Shown here in pieces: positions 61,670 through 64,000 of a DNA stretch of 64,000 nt. Both the position numbers and the translations under genes were made by a program. Origin of the DNA: Balanoglossus misakiensis (Eukaryota > Animalia > Hemichordata); the NCBI GenBank assembly GCA_040954595.2, contig CM082576.2, positions 19,949,028-20,013,027 on the forward strand. The letters are read 5' to 3'. Positions within the stretch are counted from its first letter, which is position 1. Each line of letters begins with the position of its first letter. The notes below the pieces were generated by a model. The model worked only from the letters and a program-made list of their open reading frames with translations, was not told the DNA's origin and searched no databases.

Positions 61670-63440
61670 TACTAGAGTGTCGGGTCTTTTGCAGAGCCAG
61701 GCCGAAGGAAATCCGAGTAGATCAACGTGGTCTCTGTACGCGTGTTTCTGCTCTAGAGTGTCGGGTCATTTGCAGAGCCAGGCCTAAGGAATTCCGACTT
61801 GATCAACGTTGCTAACGAACGCTAGTGTCTGTCATGGTGTGCCGGGGTTTTAGTCGAGCCAGGCCGTAGGAGATCTGACTTGATCATCGTGGTCAATGTA
61901 CGCGTGTTTCCGCTCTAAAGTGCCGGGGCTTCAGCTAAACCAGGCCGTAGGAAATCCGACGTAATCACCGTTGATAACTTCCGCCAGTCTGTGTCATATA
62001 GAGCCGGTGCACCAGCCGAGTCACGCCGTAGGAAATCTGACTTGATCAACGTGGTCAATGTACGCCTGTTTCTGCTCTAGAGTGCAGGGGCTTCAGCTAA
62101 ACCAGGCCGTAGGAAATCCGACGTAATCACCGTTGATAACTTACGCCAGTCTGTGTCATATAGAGCCGGTGCACCAGCCGAGTCACGCCGTAGGAAATCT
62201 GACTTGATCAACGTGGTCAATGTACGCCTGTTTCTGCTCTAGAGTGCCGGGGCTTCAGCTGAGCCAGGCCGTAGGAAACCCGACGTGATTACCGTTGTTA
62301 ACTTACGCCAGTCTGTGTCCTATATGTAGTGCCGGGGCATCAGCCGTGCCAGGCCGAAGGAAATGTGAGTAGATCATCGTGGTCTCTGTACGCGTGTTTC
62401 TGGTCTATAGTGCCAGGGCTTTAGCCAAGCCATGCCGTAGGAAATATGACTTGATCAACGTTGCTTACTAACGCTAGTGTCTGTCATAGTGTGCCGGGGT
62501 TTTAGTCGAGCCAAGCCGTAGGAGATCAGACTTGATCAACGTGCTCTCTGTACGCGTGTTTCTGCTCTAGAGTGCCGGGGCTTTATCCAAGCCATGCCGT
62601 AGAAAATCTGACTTGATCACCGTTGCTAACGTACGCTAGTGTCTGTCATATTGTGACGGAGATTTAGCCGAGCCAGGCAGTAGAAAAATCGACTTGTTCA
62701 ACGTTAACAGTGTGCAACTGTTTCTGCTCTAGAGTGCAGGGGCTTCAGCTTAACCAGGCCGTAGGAAATCCGACGTAATCACCGTTGATAACTTACGCCA
62801 GTCTGTGTCATATAGAGCCGGTGCACCAGCCGAGTCACGCCGTAGGAAATCTGACTTGATCAACGTGGTCAATGTACGCCTGTTTCTGCTCTAGAGTGCC
62901 GGGGCTTCAGCTGAGCCAGGCCGTAGGAAACCCGACGTGATTACCGTTGTTAACTTACGCCAGTCTGTGTCCTATATGTAGTGCCGGGGCATCAGCCGTG
63001 CCAGGCCGAAGGAAATGTGAGTAGATCATCGTGGTCTCTGTACGCGTGTTTCTGGTCTATAGTGCCAGGGCTTTAGCCAAGCCATGCCGTAGGAAATATG
63101 ACTTGATCAACGTTGCTTACTAACGCTAGTGTCTGTCATAGTGTGCCGGGGTTTTAGTCGAGCCAAGCCGTAGGAGATCAGACTTGATCAACGTGCTCTC
63201 TGTACGCGTGTTTCTGCTCTAGAGTGCCGGGGCTTTATCCAAGCCATGCCGTAGAAAATCTGACTTGATCACCGTTGCTAACGTACGCTAGTGTCTGTCA
63301 TATTGTGACGGAGATTTAGCCGATCCAGGCAGTAGAAAAATCGACTTGTTCAACGTTAACAGTGTGCAACTGTTTCTGCTCTAGAGTGTCAGGGTTTTAG
63401 CCGACTTATGCTGTAGGAAATCTGAGTTGATGAACGTGAA
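61670..63440. repeat. 81-82-bp satellite with alternating A/B monomers and a 652-bp higher-order repeat
   Basis: CCGTAGGAAATC at 61945, 62026 and 62107; CAGCCGTGCCAGGCCGAAGG at 62341 and 62993. Confidence 0.93.
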
Positions 63441-64000
63441 TTCAATGTTAGAAAACCCGTGTGGAAAGTATCTCTACCCGTTTGAAACTAAGAAAAGAAT
63501 TTATTCTTATTTATTTTGTAAAAAAGACAATTTTTCGAGAGAAAAAAAGTCGAAAATGGTAATTTTGTCTTGGGTGATTCAAATTATACCGCCTTTTCTG
63601 GAATTTGCAGCACTTTTTACAAGAGAACGACACTTCATGCTCCATAATATTTCCGAAAATGAAGAAAAGAGTTAATTTTTTAGGATTTTTCAAAAATTTA
63701 CCATTTTTGTCAAAATATGGCCAAAATGGCTATTTTTACTTGAATTCCGTCAATATCTTTGCATTTTTGGAGTGGTCGAAAGTTTTAACATACAATCAAC
63801 ATGTCATATATGATCAGGGCACCAAATTCGAAGAACAAAGGTTTTTTTTATTTTTTTTTCTAAAAATGACATTTTCAAGGAAAATTTGGTAAAACGCAAT
63901 TTTGTCTGCAGTGAGCCAAATTAGACGGTCTTTTGTGGAATTTGTATCGATATATACATACGAAGAGCATTCTATACTCCATCAGATTTCCGAGAATGTA

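Overview
This is AT-rich, repeat-dense eukaryotic DNA. The repeat families and GT-AG introns suggest a marine invertebrate animal (inference). No intact host gene is evident. (1) The main feature is an apparently complete 5.6-kb DNA transposon at 55226-60812. It has CAC-initiated bipartite TIRs, a spliced ~876-aa DDE transposase of the Transib/RAG1-CMC (CACTA/Mirage/Chapaev) superclade, and a convergent intact 206-aa partner ORF that does not resemble RAG2. (2) Scrambled exons of a tandem OB-fold (RPA/HIN-like) gene lie in an inverted-duplication tangle at ~8-14 kb. (3) A giant nested palindrome has arms at ~17.0-31.2 kb and ~39.5-48.2 kb; arm-specific insertions provide empty-site controls. 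(4) The window also holds Helentron-type non-autonomous elements, several MITEs, a truncated L2/CR1-type LINE inside a 309-bp satellite, and 86-bp and 81-bp satellites with higher-order structure. All homology calls are by-eye motif recognition; no searches were run.
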